Source: Bacteroidia bacterium | GTDB taxonomy: Bacteria; Bacteroidota; Bacteroidia; AKYH767-A; OLB10 | Length of the DNA: 64,000 nucleotides | Assembly: GCA_016788185.1 (NCBI GenBank) | Contig: JAEUTF010000190.1 | Span: 3,733-67,732, forward strand | Reading direction: 5' to 3' | Part shown: positions 1 through 8,471 of the stretch, piece by piece | Position numbering within the stretch: position 1 is the first letter of the stretch | Layout of the letters: every line of letters begins with the position of its first letter | The notes under the pieces: generated by a model | Seen by the model: only the letters and a program-made list of their open reading frames with translations | What the model was told of the DNA's origin: nothing | Database searches by the model: none | Translations under genes and position numbers: made by a program

Positions 1-11
1 TAATTTTTATC

Positions 12-212
12 ATGACAGAAAAAACCACTTCGGAAACTCCCGTTCTAGGCAACTGGAGCGACCAGAAAAACAAGCTCAAAGCAAAATTTTCCACGTTAAC
101 AGACGCCGATCTTCATTTTGAAGAGGGGAAAAAAGATGAAATGCTCAATAAAGTCCAGATTAAACTTGGAAAGACCAAGGAGCAGCTGGCGCAAATCATT
201 TCAACCCTTTAG
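12..212 (+). CDS. CsbD-family general stress protein (66 aa)
   Basis: Small hydrophilic protein with the CsbD-like core GNWSDQKNKLKAKFSTLTDADLHFEEGKKDEMLNKVQIKLGKTKEQ. ATG at 12 and a hairpin terminator downstream. Confidence 0.75.
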   Translation: MTEKTTSETPVLGNWSDQKNKLKAKFSTLTDADLHFEEGKKDEMLNKVQIKLGKTKEQLAQIISTL

Positions 213-303
213 CCTGAACAAACCTGAAGAGAACCGCCGTTTCATCAAAAAATAATCTTTGAGCCACGTTTCCGGCGCCACGCTCATCAGGTCACCTAGT
301 AGA

Positions 304-345
304 AAGAGGCTGTCACGAATTTCTGCGGCAGCCTCTTTATCTTCC
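304..345 (+). terminator. Putative rho-independent terminator after the csbD-like gene
   Basis: AGAGGCTG (305-312) pairs with CAGCCTCT (329-336), followed by TTATCTT. The loop is long, so this is only moderately convincing. Confidence 0.45.
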
Positions 346-595
346 AATAACAAAAACCGATATGCACTTAATTCCTATACTCTTTACCATTACTGTACTT
401 TCCACCTTCCTGCTCTGGCTGTTTATTGCAATCATCAACAGCTTCCGTTCTGTCGTCATGGCCAGGAAATTTCCTGTGGAAGGATGAACGTTGCCGGATA
501 CCCGTACGATCATCAGAAGAGAGGGACAGGATTCTTCATCCGCCTTTCCCTTCCCTGCATCGGCTTTTCCCCTTCTTCATTTACACCTGCTCTAC

Positions 596-856
596 ATGCT
601 ATCATCCCTGATTACCAGAATTAAAAATTATTTGTGCAGCCAATTCGGTCACCGCTGGCGATATAAAGATTATTCCAATTACATCAAAAGTACAGGTGAA
701 AAATACGAATTCACCGCTTCCAGGTCCTGCAAACGTTGTGGGCAACATGCTTATTTCTACGAAATCTGGAAAAATGAAATGAAGTCCAAACTGGATTACG
801 AAAACTCTTACCATTCTTCCGGGCAAATCTCTATCCATGGAATTCTTTATACATAA
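596..856 (+). CDS. Hypothetical small Cys/His zinc-ribbon-like protein (86 aa)
   Basis: ATG at 596 inside the 491-856 frame. It carries C-x3-GH-x-W (CSQFGHRW) plus CKRCG, a pattern I associate with small phage-type zinc-ribbon ORFs (DUF1660-like, from memory). The segment is AT-richer than its flanks. The antisense ORF 602-877 has no motifs. Confidence 0.4.
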   Translation: MLSSLITRIKNYLCSQFGHRWRYKDYSNYIKSTGEKYEFTASRSCKRCGQHAYFYEIWKNEMKSKLDYENSYHSSGQISIHGILYT

Positions 857-1060
857 ATTGCCGAACGAGTATCGCAAGGCTTGACATTTCAGCCATTCTT
901 TCTATTCGACACCGGTCTGTACAGGTGTCTTGCTGCCCCATCATTCAAGAACACCTGCCGGTTGAATTTTCAGCGAAAGGTTACCTTTTAACAGATGGCG
1001 TATAAAGGTGAAAGCCACCGCCTATATCCAACGCTTACGTTCATTTTAAAACTCTAAAAA

Positions 1061-1873
1061 ATGCGTACGCTCCTCTGGATCGGGCTGGGATTTTCCCTGC
1101 TGATCGCTTCCTGCGGAAGTAAAAATCAAAATTCCGGGTCTGCTGAATCGGTGACTTCGGTCCCTGCCGCACTTCCCGTTTCATCCGACGCCGGCTCCAC
1201 TGCCTTTCCTGAACCGGATCAAAAATTAATCCGTCAGGCTCATCTGAGGTTGCAGGCCGACACCCTGAAACGGATGCGTATGATCCTGAATCAACTCCTG
1301 CTGAGGCACAAGGCCTTCATTGCGAATGAAAACGAACAGCACTACTCGGGTACCAGCGAGAATACCCTGGTAATCCGCATCCCCAATGACCAGTTGAATG
1401 CGTTCATCGATGTCCTCTGTGAAAAGGCGAATTTCGTTGAGCGCAGGGAAATCACCTCTGACGATATCGGCATGGAATACATCGACCTGCAGGCGCGTTT
1501 GAAAGCCAAGCAGGAAGTGGAAAAACGCTATTTGCAACTTTTGCAACGTGCCGGTAAAATGAGTGAACTGCTGGAGGTAGAAAATCAACTGGGTACCGTG
1601 CGGGCAGAAATAGAATCCTTGCAGGGGCGTATCCATTATTTCGACAACAAGGTGGCCTATGCCACGCTGCACCTCAGCCTGTACGAGTTGGTCAGTGCCA
1701 AGGACAGTCCGGGACCGGGCTTCGGCAGCCGGGCCTTTGCAGCGTTTCAAAACAGCTTCAAACTTCTTCAGGAAGGCATTTTACTGCTGATCTCTGTCTG
1801 GCCCCTGATGCTGATTCCCGGCATCGTCCTGATCATCATCGCAGCCGGAAAACGGAAAAGAGTGGTCCGCTGA
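1061..1873 (+). CDS. DUF4349-like lipoprotein
   Basis: Lipobox signal (LLIASCGSK), a central coiled-coil (LQARLKAKQEVEKRYLQLLQRAGKMSELLEVENQLGTVRAEIESLQGRIHYFDNKV) and a C-terminal TM helix. This architecture is typical of DUF4349. Confidence 0.75.
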   Translation: MRTLLWIGLGFSLLIASCGSKNQNSGSAESVTSVPAALPVSSDAGSTAFPEPDQKLIRQAHLRLQADTLKRMRMILNQLLLRHKAFIANENEQHYSGTSENTLVIRIPNDQLNAFIDVLCEKANFVERREITSDDIGMEYIDLQARLKAKQEVEKRYLQLLQRAGKMSELLEVENQLGTVRAEIESLQGRIHYFDNKVAYATLHLSLYELVSAKDSPGPGFGSRAFAAFQNSFKLLQEGILLLISVWPLMLIPGIVLIIIAAGKRKRVVR

Positions 1874-1881
1874 ACTCAAAT

Positions 1882-1926
1882 AAAAACGACGTGCTCCGGC
1901 TTGCTGTAAGCTGAACACGTCGTTTG
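1882..1926. terminator. Bidirectional hairpin terminator between the convergent DUF4349 and S8 peptidase genes
   Basis: Perfect 10-bp stem AAACGACGTG (1884-1893) / CACGTCGTTT (1916-1925), with an A-run 5' and TTT 3'. The loop is about 22 nt and contains a small inner hairpin. Confidence 0.6.
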
Positions 1927-1940
1927 ACTATACCCAATCT

Positions 1941-4760
1941 TTATTGTTTCTGTATCGTACCGCCCACAGCGCCTTTCTCGTTGCTGAGACGGTAGTGATA
2001 AAGTCCTCCCGCCAGAGTGCTCAGGTCCATCCGGATTTCCTGTTCTCCTGCCTGGCGAAGTCCGAGCGGAGCCACAGAAATCAGTTTGCCCATGCTGTCG
2101 TAAATCTCCAGTACCAGCTGGCCGCTTTGCTGCAGGTAAACCGGAATAAGCACCGTGCCGCTGGCCGGATTCGGATAGGCATTGGCGGTATAGATGCCTG
2201 ATGGACTGTTCTCCTGCAGGGCGGTGGCCAGGTCATATTTAATCTGAGCCTGCTGTGCACCGGATTGCAGATCACTCAACTCATCGCCCGCAATGAGCGC
2301 AAAGGCCACTACGGCTGAATCGCCGGGTGCCAGTGTAAAGGGACCTGTACCCACCACATCAATTACATCGTTGCCGGTTCCGGCGCCTCCTGAAGTGGGA
2401 CGGTTGGTAGAGAGCGCCTGGTATTTCTCATTGCTGTCAAATCCGTCAAACATGTTGATGCCGCCAGCTCCGCCGTTGATGTTGTCGATGGCATAGTGGA
2501 TGAAGGGTGTGGCCGTGAGCACTTTGATGCCGGCATAATACCCGCCGGGATCCGTGCAGAAGGCATATCCCAGTTTCAGCGCGGCATCCTGATCCGCCTT
2601 GTTGTTGGCATAGGTTTGAATATCCCAGTCGGAGAACACACCGGCATACAGGTTGTTCAGCGTGCCGGTTCCGTTGTTGCGGAGGGTGTATTCGAAAATG
2701 TGAAACTTGGAAAACGGCGCCAGGGTCCAGGACAGGCTGCGGTGATCCACCAGCAGGTTCATCGGACTCGGATTGCTGGCATCGCTGAAACGTCCGTAGG
2801 TATCGAAATCCGACCAGATTCCGGGATCGTTCTTCTGGATCGTCACGACCGGCAGAAAATCATCATCGGTGACAGTAGCGCCGCGTACATTGTCCGCTAC
2901 ATTACCCGCGATACCGGCCATAAATCCTGCCTCATACGTTAAGGTACCATCGCTGTTGTAATTAAAACCAAGCCCTTCGGCCTGGGATTCGGCATTGTAA
3001 CACAAACGGCCTTTGCTGGTGTTGGTGGTGAACACATCGTTGATGGTGATGTTGAGGTAATCTACATTGACCGTTTCGGTAAAGAGCTGGAAGTCGTTGT
3101 AAGTACCGTCCTGGAAGGTAAGTTTAAAAGCAATGGGTGTATTTTGCGGTGCATTGGCGTTAATTTTCACCGTGAAGGGATCCGCCGTATTGGTGCTGGT
3201 GGCCAGGGTAGCCAGTGCACCGATGGTGGTACTTCCGTCCAGAATGGTGACGTACGGTGAAGTACTGGTCAGTGTAACCACCAGGTTCAAGGTGGGTGAA
3301 AGGTAATTGACGAAATCACCAACGATCCGCATGGTATCGTTTACGACCAGGATGTTGTCGTTGTTATCGGTAACCACACGGTTGTTCATGCGGATGGATG
3401 GACCGGATAGGGTCAGCGCATTCAGCAGGTTGATCCTTCCTGTACCCAATTGATTCTGGTAGGAGGCATTGGAAGGGAGATTGTAAATATTATCGGCGGT
3501 TACACGCAGCTGCTCTCCCACCTGCAAGGCATTGTAGGAGGGAAAATACGACTTGATGATGGCTGCACATCCTGCCGCTACCGGCGATGCCATGGAGGTA
3601 CCGCTCTGCAAGGCATAGGTGTTGTCGTGCTGTGCGGAGAAGATGCCGGAACCCGGTGCGCATACATCCACATACGATCCAAAGTTGGAAAAACTGGATT
3701 TGGCATCACTGCTGCTGGTGGAGGCGATGCAAAGAATGTTGTTGTAAGCGGCCGGATAGAAAAAGGTGTTGGTGCTGTTGTTCCCCGCGGCGGCAATCAC
3801 CAGGCTGTTTTTGTTGAAGGTGGCATAGTCCACTATGTTCTGGCCCAGTGAGCTTCCGCCGGCACCGCCCCAGGAGCAGTTGATAATCTGGCAACCGGCA
3901 TCCGCCGCATACACGATGCCTTCGTAAGCTTTTGTAAGGGCACCACTGGCATCAGAAATTTTTACCGGAAGGAATTTACAGTAAAAGCCGGGTGAAGCAA
4001 CCCCGGTGTTGTTGTCGGTCACGGCAGCGGCACATCCGGAAACGTGTGAACCGTGGGCGCTGGCATTGACCTGCGGCCAGTTGTCATTCTCCCCTATATC
4101 CCAGCCCTGGAAATTGTCGGTAAAACCATCCGCATCGTCATCCACACCGTTCACCGGATCGCTGTAATTGTATTTGATGTTGCTTTCAAGATCAGGATGG
4201 TCAAGATCCGTTCCGGTATCCGTGATGCCTATAACGGTATTGGTATCCCCCTTGTGGATATCCCAGGCGTCATAGGCATTGATCTTGCTGAGGAAATACT
4301 GCAGCCCGGTCTGGGGGTCATTGGGAGTGTATTGCGTGCGGGGAATAAATTTGGGCTCGGCATACATGAACAAACCCGTACCCAGGAAGGAATTGATGGT
4401 TTTTACCAGGTCGGCATTGGCAGAAAAGTGCAATTCATAAATGAGGCTCAGGTCCACCAGCTTCTGTCCGCGCTCGTTGTATTCGGTGGTGGGAGCCTGA
4501 TGACGCGGGAACATCCTGAAAAGCTGAACCGCTCCCAGGTTAGCCGTAATCTTTTGAAATGGAGTCGCTGAAATGTTGTTCTCCGCGCAGAGGGAACGGT
4601 ATTCGGGCTTCACCTTGAATACAATGCAGCGATCCATGTAGTCGGACGGACTTACACCGGAGGGTATCCGGTAAGCCGGACCGTTTCCGGTCGTTCCGGC
4701 ATGAAGGAAGAAGGGCGTAACGCTCAATAGCGCTGCCAGGAAGAGTAATCGTTTGTTCAT
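1941..4760 (-). CDS. S8 (subtilisin-family) serine peptidase with T9SS type A C-terminal sorting domain
   Basis: Signal peptide MNKRLLFLAALLSVTPFFLHA. Asp/His/Ser triad motifs ITDTGTDLDHPDL, HGSHVSGCAAA and SGTSMASPVAAG. C-terminal roughly 80 aa (YPNPASGTVLIPVYL...LEIYDSMGKLI...GLYHYRL) matches the Por/T9SS CTD pattern. Confidence 0.9.
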   Translation of the reverse strand: MNKRLLFLAALLSVTPFFLHAGTTGNGPAYRIPSGVSPSDYMDRCIVFKVKPEYRSLCAENNISATPFQKITANLGAVQLFRMFPRHQAPTTEYNERGQKLVDLSLIYELHFSANADLVKTINSFLGTGLFMYAEPKFIPRTQYTPNDPQTGLQYFLSKINAYDAWDIHKGDTNTVIGITDTGTDLDHPDLESNIKYNYSDPVNGVDDDADGFTDNFQGWDIGENDNWPQVNASAHGSHVSGCAAAVTDNNTGVASPGFYCKFLPVKISDASGALTKAYEGIVYAADAGCQIINCSWGGAGGSSLGQNIVDYATFNKNSLVIAAAGNNSTNTFFYPAAYNNILCIASTSSSDAKSSFSNFGSYVDVCAPGSGIFSAQHDNTYALQSGTSMASPVAAGCAAIIKSYFPSYNALQVGEQLRVTADNIYNLPSNASYQNQLGTGRINLLNALTLSGPSIRMNNRVVTDNNDNILVVNDTMRIVGDFVNYLSPTLNLVVTLTSTSPYVTILDGSTTIGALATLATSTNTADPFTVKINANAPQNTPIAFKLTFQDGTYNDFQLFTETVNVDYLNITINDVFTTNTSKGRLCYNAESQAEGLGFNYNSDGTLTYEAGFMAGIAGNVADNVRGATVTDDDFLPVVTIQKNDPGIWSDFDTYGRFSDASNPSPMNLLVDHRSLSWTLAPFSKFHIFEYTLRNNGTGTLNNLYAGVFSDWDIQTYANNKADQDAALKLGYAFCTDPGGYYAGIKVLTATPFIHYAIDNINGGAGGINMFDGFDSNEKYQALSTNRPTSGGAGTGNDVIDVVGTGPFTLAPGDSAVVAFALIAGDELSDLQSGAQQAQIKYDLATALQENSPSGIYTANAYPNPASGTVLIPVYLQQSGQLVLEIYDSMGKLISVAPLGLRQAGEQEIRMDLSTLAGGLYHYRLSNEKGAVGGTIQKQ

Positions 4761-4865
4761 TGGGTTTGGAAGAAATTGTGTGGATACGAATTTAAGACGA
4801 TTCGCGCAATTTAACAGGGCCAGGAAAGGGAATTCATGAGAATCACAGTTAAGTGATATTGAAAC

Positions 4866-6872
4866 TTAGAATTGCCATCTGATTTGTGCTTTCAGCTCCT
4901 CTTTCTTTTGACTTTCATCCGCCCCTTCCACGGAACGGATAATACTGGTACTGAAGCGGAACCAAATGTCCAGGCCCTTCCCCAGCCGATGCCTGCAGAG
5001 GAGATAATAGCGAATGCCCTTTCCGGAATAGGCAGGCAAACTGAAGGAGCCGGCCATGTCCTGCTCATAGGTGTAGATTCTGGCCTCATAATCCTCTGTA
5101 TGGAATACCGCCCAACGGAGTGAAATACTGTAGGGCTTTCCGAGGGGCTTGTACCGGGCTTCCTGAAAAAAAAGTATACCCTCCAGAAGCTGTCCTTCCG
5201 TGCTGCTTCCCACCCATTCGCACCTGGATTGAAATTCCCAGTTTTTACCCTGCATCCATTGCAGGTTGAAGCGCAGGTTTCTTTTCACGGTCATCAGGGG
5301 CATACTGAACCGCTCTGATCCGGCATCTCCGGGCTTTTCCTCCTGCCTGTAACGCAGGTAAGCCTCCGTACTCCTGGAGGGAAGATAGCTGAGCTGGAGC
5401 AGGTACTCACTTCCACCGGAGGGTGCAGAACTGGTATAGCGTAGCCAGGGAAACTGAAAGCGGTCGAGATAGGCCTGCATACGCAGCTGCTGATGCAACT
5501 GCCACTGGATGCCGCTGTAGAATCCCTGTTCATTCTGTGTTTTGCTGCCTTCCCGGAGTCCGTCGCAGGATATGCATTGGTAGTCCCGGTCGTACCTGCG
5601 CAGGTGCAGGCTGATGGTCCATCGCCGGTCGGGCATAAAGAGTGCGCCCAGCACCAGGGCGGTCTGACCTTGCCCGTCGAGGGCCGCCTCCATATAAAGC
5701 GTGGCATTGTTCAGCAGGTAACGGCTGGCCCATCCGTAATTCAGAAAGTTCTTTCCCGAAGGATCGAAGCGCTCATAGGGATCGTCACCGGGCCACAGGG
5801 CATGATCAAAATGCTGCTGCTGCAGGGTTCCTTCGTTCCGCCAGCGTTCGGATTCCCATTGCAGGTGAAGTCCGGACGACTGATGGCCCAGCAGGGCTTT
5901 GTCTTCGATCTCGCCGTAACTGCGGTGCAGGCCGCTGGTTAAAATACTGCTCACCAGCACCGCATCGCTTGTTGTATCAGGCCGGAACAATGAAGCATCC
6001 CTGCGCCGATAGGAAAACCAGGCATCCAGGTTCCAGGTTTTCCATTGCAGACTTGCCGCCAGTCCACGGTTAAAGCCATCTTCAGCTGCCGAAGCATAGG
6101 GTCGAAAGCCCTGCCCCCGACGATAGGCCTGGCTGACTTCCGCGCTTTTACCCAATGACAAACCGTTCCAGGCCACCAGTCCCTGACCAAACTGAAACTG
6201 GTAATCACCGATCAACAGGTTTTTGAGAAAGCGGTTGGGACGGAGGTACACATGCCAGGAGAAAAAATCCATCCGGCCACCTCCCGAAGGGGCATACAAG
6301 CGCTCTCCGGCGTCTTTCTCCATCACAAGGCCGGCGCTGAAATAATTGCCCGCCCGCATGCGGTAACGCAGCAGGTGTTGCCAGGGATCTCCGGTATAAA
6401 AGGGATACCTTCCGTCATCCCCGAAGCCGGACTTGTCTTGCAGGATCCGACGGCTCCGGAGGAGGACTTCGTGCCGGGAAGCAGAAAGCAGTGCCTGGAT
6501 CCGGAAATGCTCCTCTACCAGGGGCTTTCCACACACCAGATAAGGACGGATGCGGCGGATAAAGGCGGTGTCAAATGCGTCAATGACCTGTAACTCCTCC
6601 GGTACCAGAAACAGGCCGAAGTGTTCGCGGTGCGTTACCAGGGCCTGTGCCTGCACCGGCGTGATGAGGGAGGAAGAGAGCAACTCGCTGATATCCCTGC
6701 TGTTCAGATCCAGACGGATGTCTTCCTCCGGATCCGGCATTTCCTCCTGACCGGAAGCGGCCAGCATTTCCTCCTGGGTTTCCACAGCGCTTTCGCTGAG
6801 TTGGGGGAGCTGCTGGGCCTGCAGCGGAACGCATGCCAGAAGTAGTAAATAAAAAATAATCTTTCTTCTCAT
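4866..6872 (-). CDS. Helix-hairpin-helix (ComEA-like) domain protein fused to a predicted large outer-membrane beta-barrel
   Basis: Signal peptide MRRKIIFYLLLLACVPLQAQ, using the ATG at 6872 (the track begins two codons upstream at TTG 6878). HhH-like stretch LDLNSRDISELLSSSLITPVQAQALVTHREHFGLFLVPEELQVIDAFD. About 550 aa of alternating amphipathic strands ending in the OMP-type terminal ...AQIRWQF. Confidence 0.7.
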   Translation of the reverse strand: MRRKIIFYLLLLACVPLQAQQLPQLSESAVETQEEMLAASGQEEMPDPEEDIRLDLNSRDISELLSSSLITPVQAQALVTHREHFGLFLVPEELQVIDAFDTAFIRRIRPYLVCGKPLVEEHFRIQALLSASRHEVLLRSRRILQDKSGFGDDGRYPFYTGDPWQHLLRYRMRAGNYFSAGLVMEKDAGERLYAPSGGGRMDFFSWHVYLRPNRFLKNLLIGDYQFQFGQGLVAWNGLSLGKSAEVSQAYRRGQGFRPYASAAEDGFNRGLAASLQWKTWNLDAWFSYRRRDASLFRPDTTSDAVLVSSILTSGLHRSYGEIEDKALLGHQSSGLHLQWESERWRNEGTLQQQHFDHALWPGDDPYERFDPSGKNFLNYGWASRYLLNNATLYMEAALDGQGQTALVLGALFMPDRRWTISLHLRRYDRDYQCISCDGLREGSKTQNEQGFYSGIQWQLHQQLRMQAYLDRFQFPWLRYTSSAPSGGSEYLLQLSYLPSRSTEAYLRYRQEEKPGDAGSERFSMPLMTVKRNLRFNLQWMQGKNWEFQSRCEWVGSSTEGQLLEGILFFQEARYKPLGKPYSISLRWAVFHTEDYEARIYTYEQDMAGSFSLPAYSGKGIRYYLLCRHRLGKGLDIWFRFSTSIIRSVEGADESQKKEELKAQIRWQF

Positions 6873-6886
6873 AGCCAAACCCGTTA

Positions 6887-7699
6887 TTACTTCCCGTCCC
6901 CTTGCCAGGCGATGCCTGTTCCGGGTGTAAAGCCGAGCACCGGCCTATACGCCGCCGCGGCCGACAAGGTGAAGGATCCCGTGAACAGACTGAAACCAAA
7001 AGCGGTCGACAGGGGTCTCCCGCCCATTCCTGCCGTCAGCGCGAAACGGGCATGCGGACGGTACCGGATGGACAGACGCAGGTCCGGCCGGCTGTTTCGC
7101 ATATGGCTTTCGGCGGTCATGCTGAACAAGGGAGAAAAGCGAAAACGGAGGCCGATGGCGAACGGTCGTTCCTCCCTTTCTGCTGCCGGAAGCAGCGGGA
7201 TGCCAAACATCACCGCGGCATCCATCACCGCACTCATCGTCACCCTGGCTGCTGCCGTAACGAGATAATCCGAACGGCTGCCATAATTTTCACCTTCTGA
7301 AAGATGCCTCCGGGCAGCACGAATCCCGGCTGCAAAATTTTTACCGAAGGAACGGCCAAAAGACAGGCAAAGTTCGCTGCGCCTGAAAAGCGCATAGCCC
7401 TTATAACGGTAGCCCACGGAGAAATAAGCAGGAAAGCCCTTTCCCAGTGTAAGGGCCAGGCCGGCTTCATTCAATTCCTGCACCATGAAATGCTGTCCGG
7501 CGTAGATCCCTGCCGAAAAGGAGGAGGCAGAGTCCGTCATGGCCGGATTTCCAAAAACAGGCGACCAGGCAGAAAGGGCGAACAAACAGGATTGCCCGCT
7601 AGCCGCCTGTTCCGGCACGGCATTAAACTGGGCCGGCGAAGAGTGGGAATAAAAAAGAAAGAGAAACGGCAGGAGCCGCAAGGGGTGATAATAATTCAT
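6887..7699 (-). CDS. Hypothetical secreted protein, possible small outer-membrane beta-barrel
   Basis: ATG at 7699 gives the signal peptide MNYYHPLRLLPFLFLFYSHSSPAQ. Gly/Ala/Arg-rich with alternating strand-like segments. It ends 14 nt before the start of the HhH gene on the same strand. No family recognised. Confidence 0.5.
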   Translation of the reverse strand: MNYYHPLRLLPFLFLFYSHSSPAQFNAVPEQAASGQSCLFALSAWSPVFGNPAMTDSASSFSAGIYAGQHFMVQELNEAGLALTLGKGFPAYFSVGYRYKGYALFRRSELCLSFGRSFGKNFAAGIRAARRHLSEGENYGSRSDYLVTAAARVTMSAVMDAAVMFGIPLLPAAEREERPFAIGLRFRFSPLFSMTAESHMRNSRPDLRLSIRYRPHARFALTAGMGGRPLSTAFGFSLFTGSFTLSAAAAYRPVLGFTPGTGIAWQGDGK

Positions 7700-7818
7700 T
7701 GCCAAAATGATTTAGCCTCCTGCAAGAAAAAGGAAAGGCGATGGGATGAAGATACTGGTAACGAGGCCGGGAAAGTTTCCCGGCATGAACGGGTATCAGC
7801 CCGTGATGAGGAGATGCT

Positions 7819-8352
7819 TTACTTTTTTACTTTTTTCCGGGAATTCCCTTTGAACGCCGATGGCTTCTCTATTTTAAGCGCAGCCTCCAGGACTTTCTCC
7901 TTCATGGATTCCTTGTAGGCGAGGATGCGCAGCTGCAGTTGCGCATCGGACAAGGACAGCATTTGAGCGGCCAGGATGCCGGCATTCTTCGCCGCGTTGA
8001 GCGCTACGGTAGCCACCGGCACTCCGTTGGGCATCTGAAGTATGGACAGGATGGAGTCCCAGCCGTCGATGCTGTTTGAAGATTTTACAGGCACGCCAAT
8101 CACCGGCAGGTGTGTAACGGAGGCGGTCATACCCGGCAAATGGGCGGCACCGCCGGCGCCGGCAATAATGACCTTGATGCCACGTCCCGCCGCTTCTTTG
8201 GCGTAGCTAAACATGCGTTCAGGCGTACGGTGCGCCGAAACAATGCTTATTTCATAGGGCACCTTCAACTGTGTGAGCACTTCGGCGGCCTCTTTCATGA
8301 CCGGGAGGTCGCTTTCGCTACCCATTATGATTCCGACAAGAACTTTGTTCAT
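7819..8352 (-). CDS. purE: 5-(carboxyamino)imidazole ribonucleotide mutase
   Basis: Motifs GSESDLPVM, SAHRTPE and IIAGAGGAAHLPGM. Confidence 0.95.
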   Translation of the reverse strand: MNKVLVGIIMGSESDLPVMKEAAEVLTQLKVPYEISIVSAHRTPERMFSYAKEAAGRGIKVIIAGAGGAAHLPGMTASVTHLPVIGVPVKSSNSIDGWDSILSILQMPNGVPVATVALNAAKNAGILAAQMLSLSDAQLQLRILAYKESMKEKVLEAALKIEKPSAFKGNSRKKVKK

Positions 8353-8471
8353 GGTACAATATTTTATGCTGCAATCTGTCTATCAGACAGGGTTGAACTT
8401 TTTTGGTCTGGATACCGGTTCAGGGCGGGTATCCGGCTGTTGACCGGCAGGATTGATCCGCTCGCCCGCAT

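Noticed and set aside
259-624. 121-aa plus-strand ORF, with overlapping ORFs 426-611 (+) and 602-877 (-).
   Set aside because: No motifs, low-complexity Ser/Pro/Arg-type translation, and no sensible start context. These frames overlap the more plausible small TM and zinc-ribbon frame, so I treat them as chance ORFs.
7706-7818. GCCGGGAA-AGT-TTCCCGGC hairpin (8 bp) downstream of purE as a possible terminator.
   Set aside because: No T-tract follows it on the purE strand, so it could equally be a regulatory or incidental palindrome. That is too weak to call.
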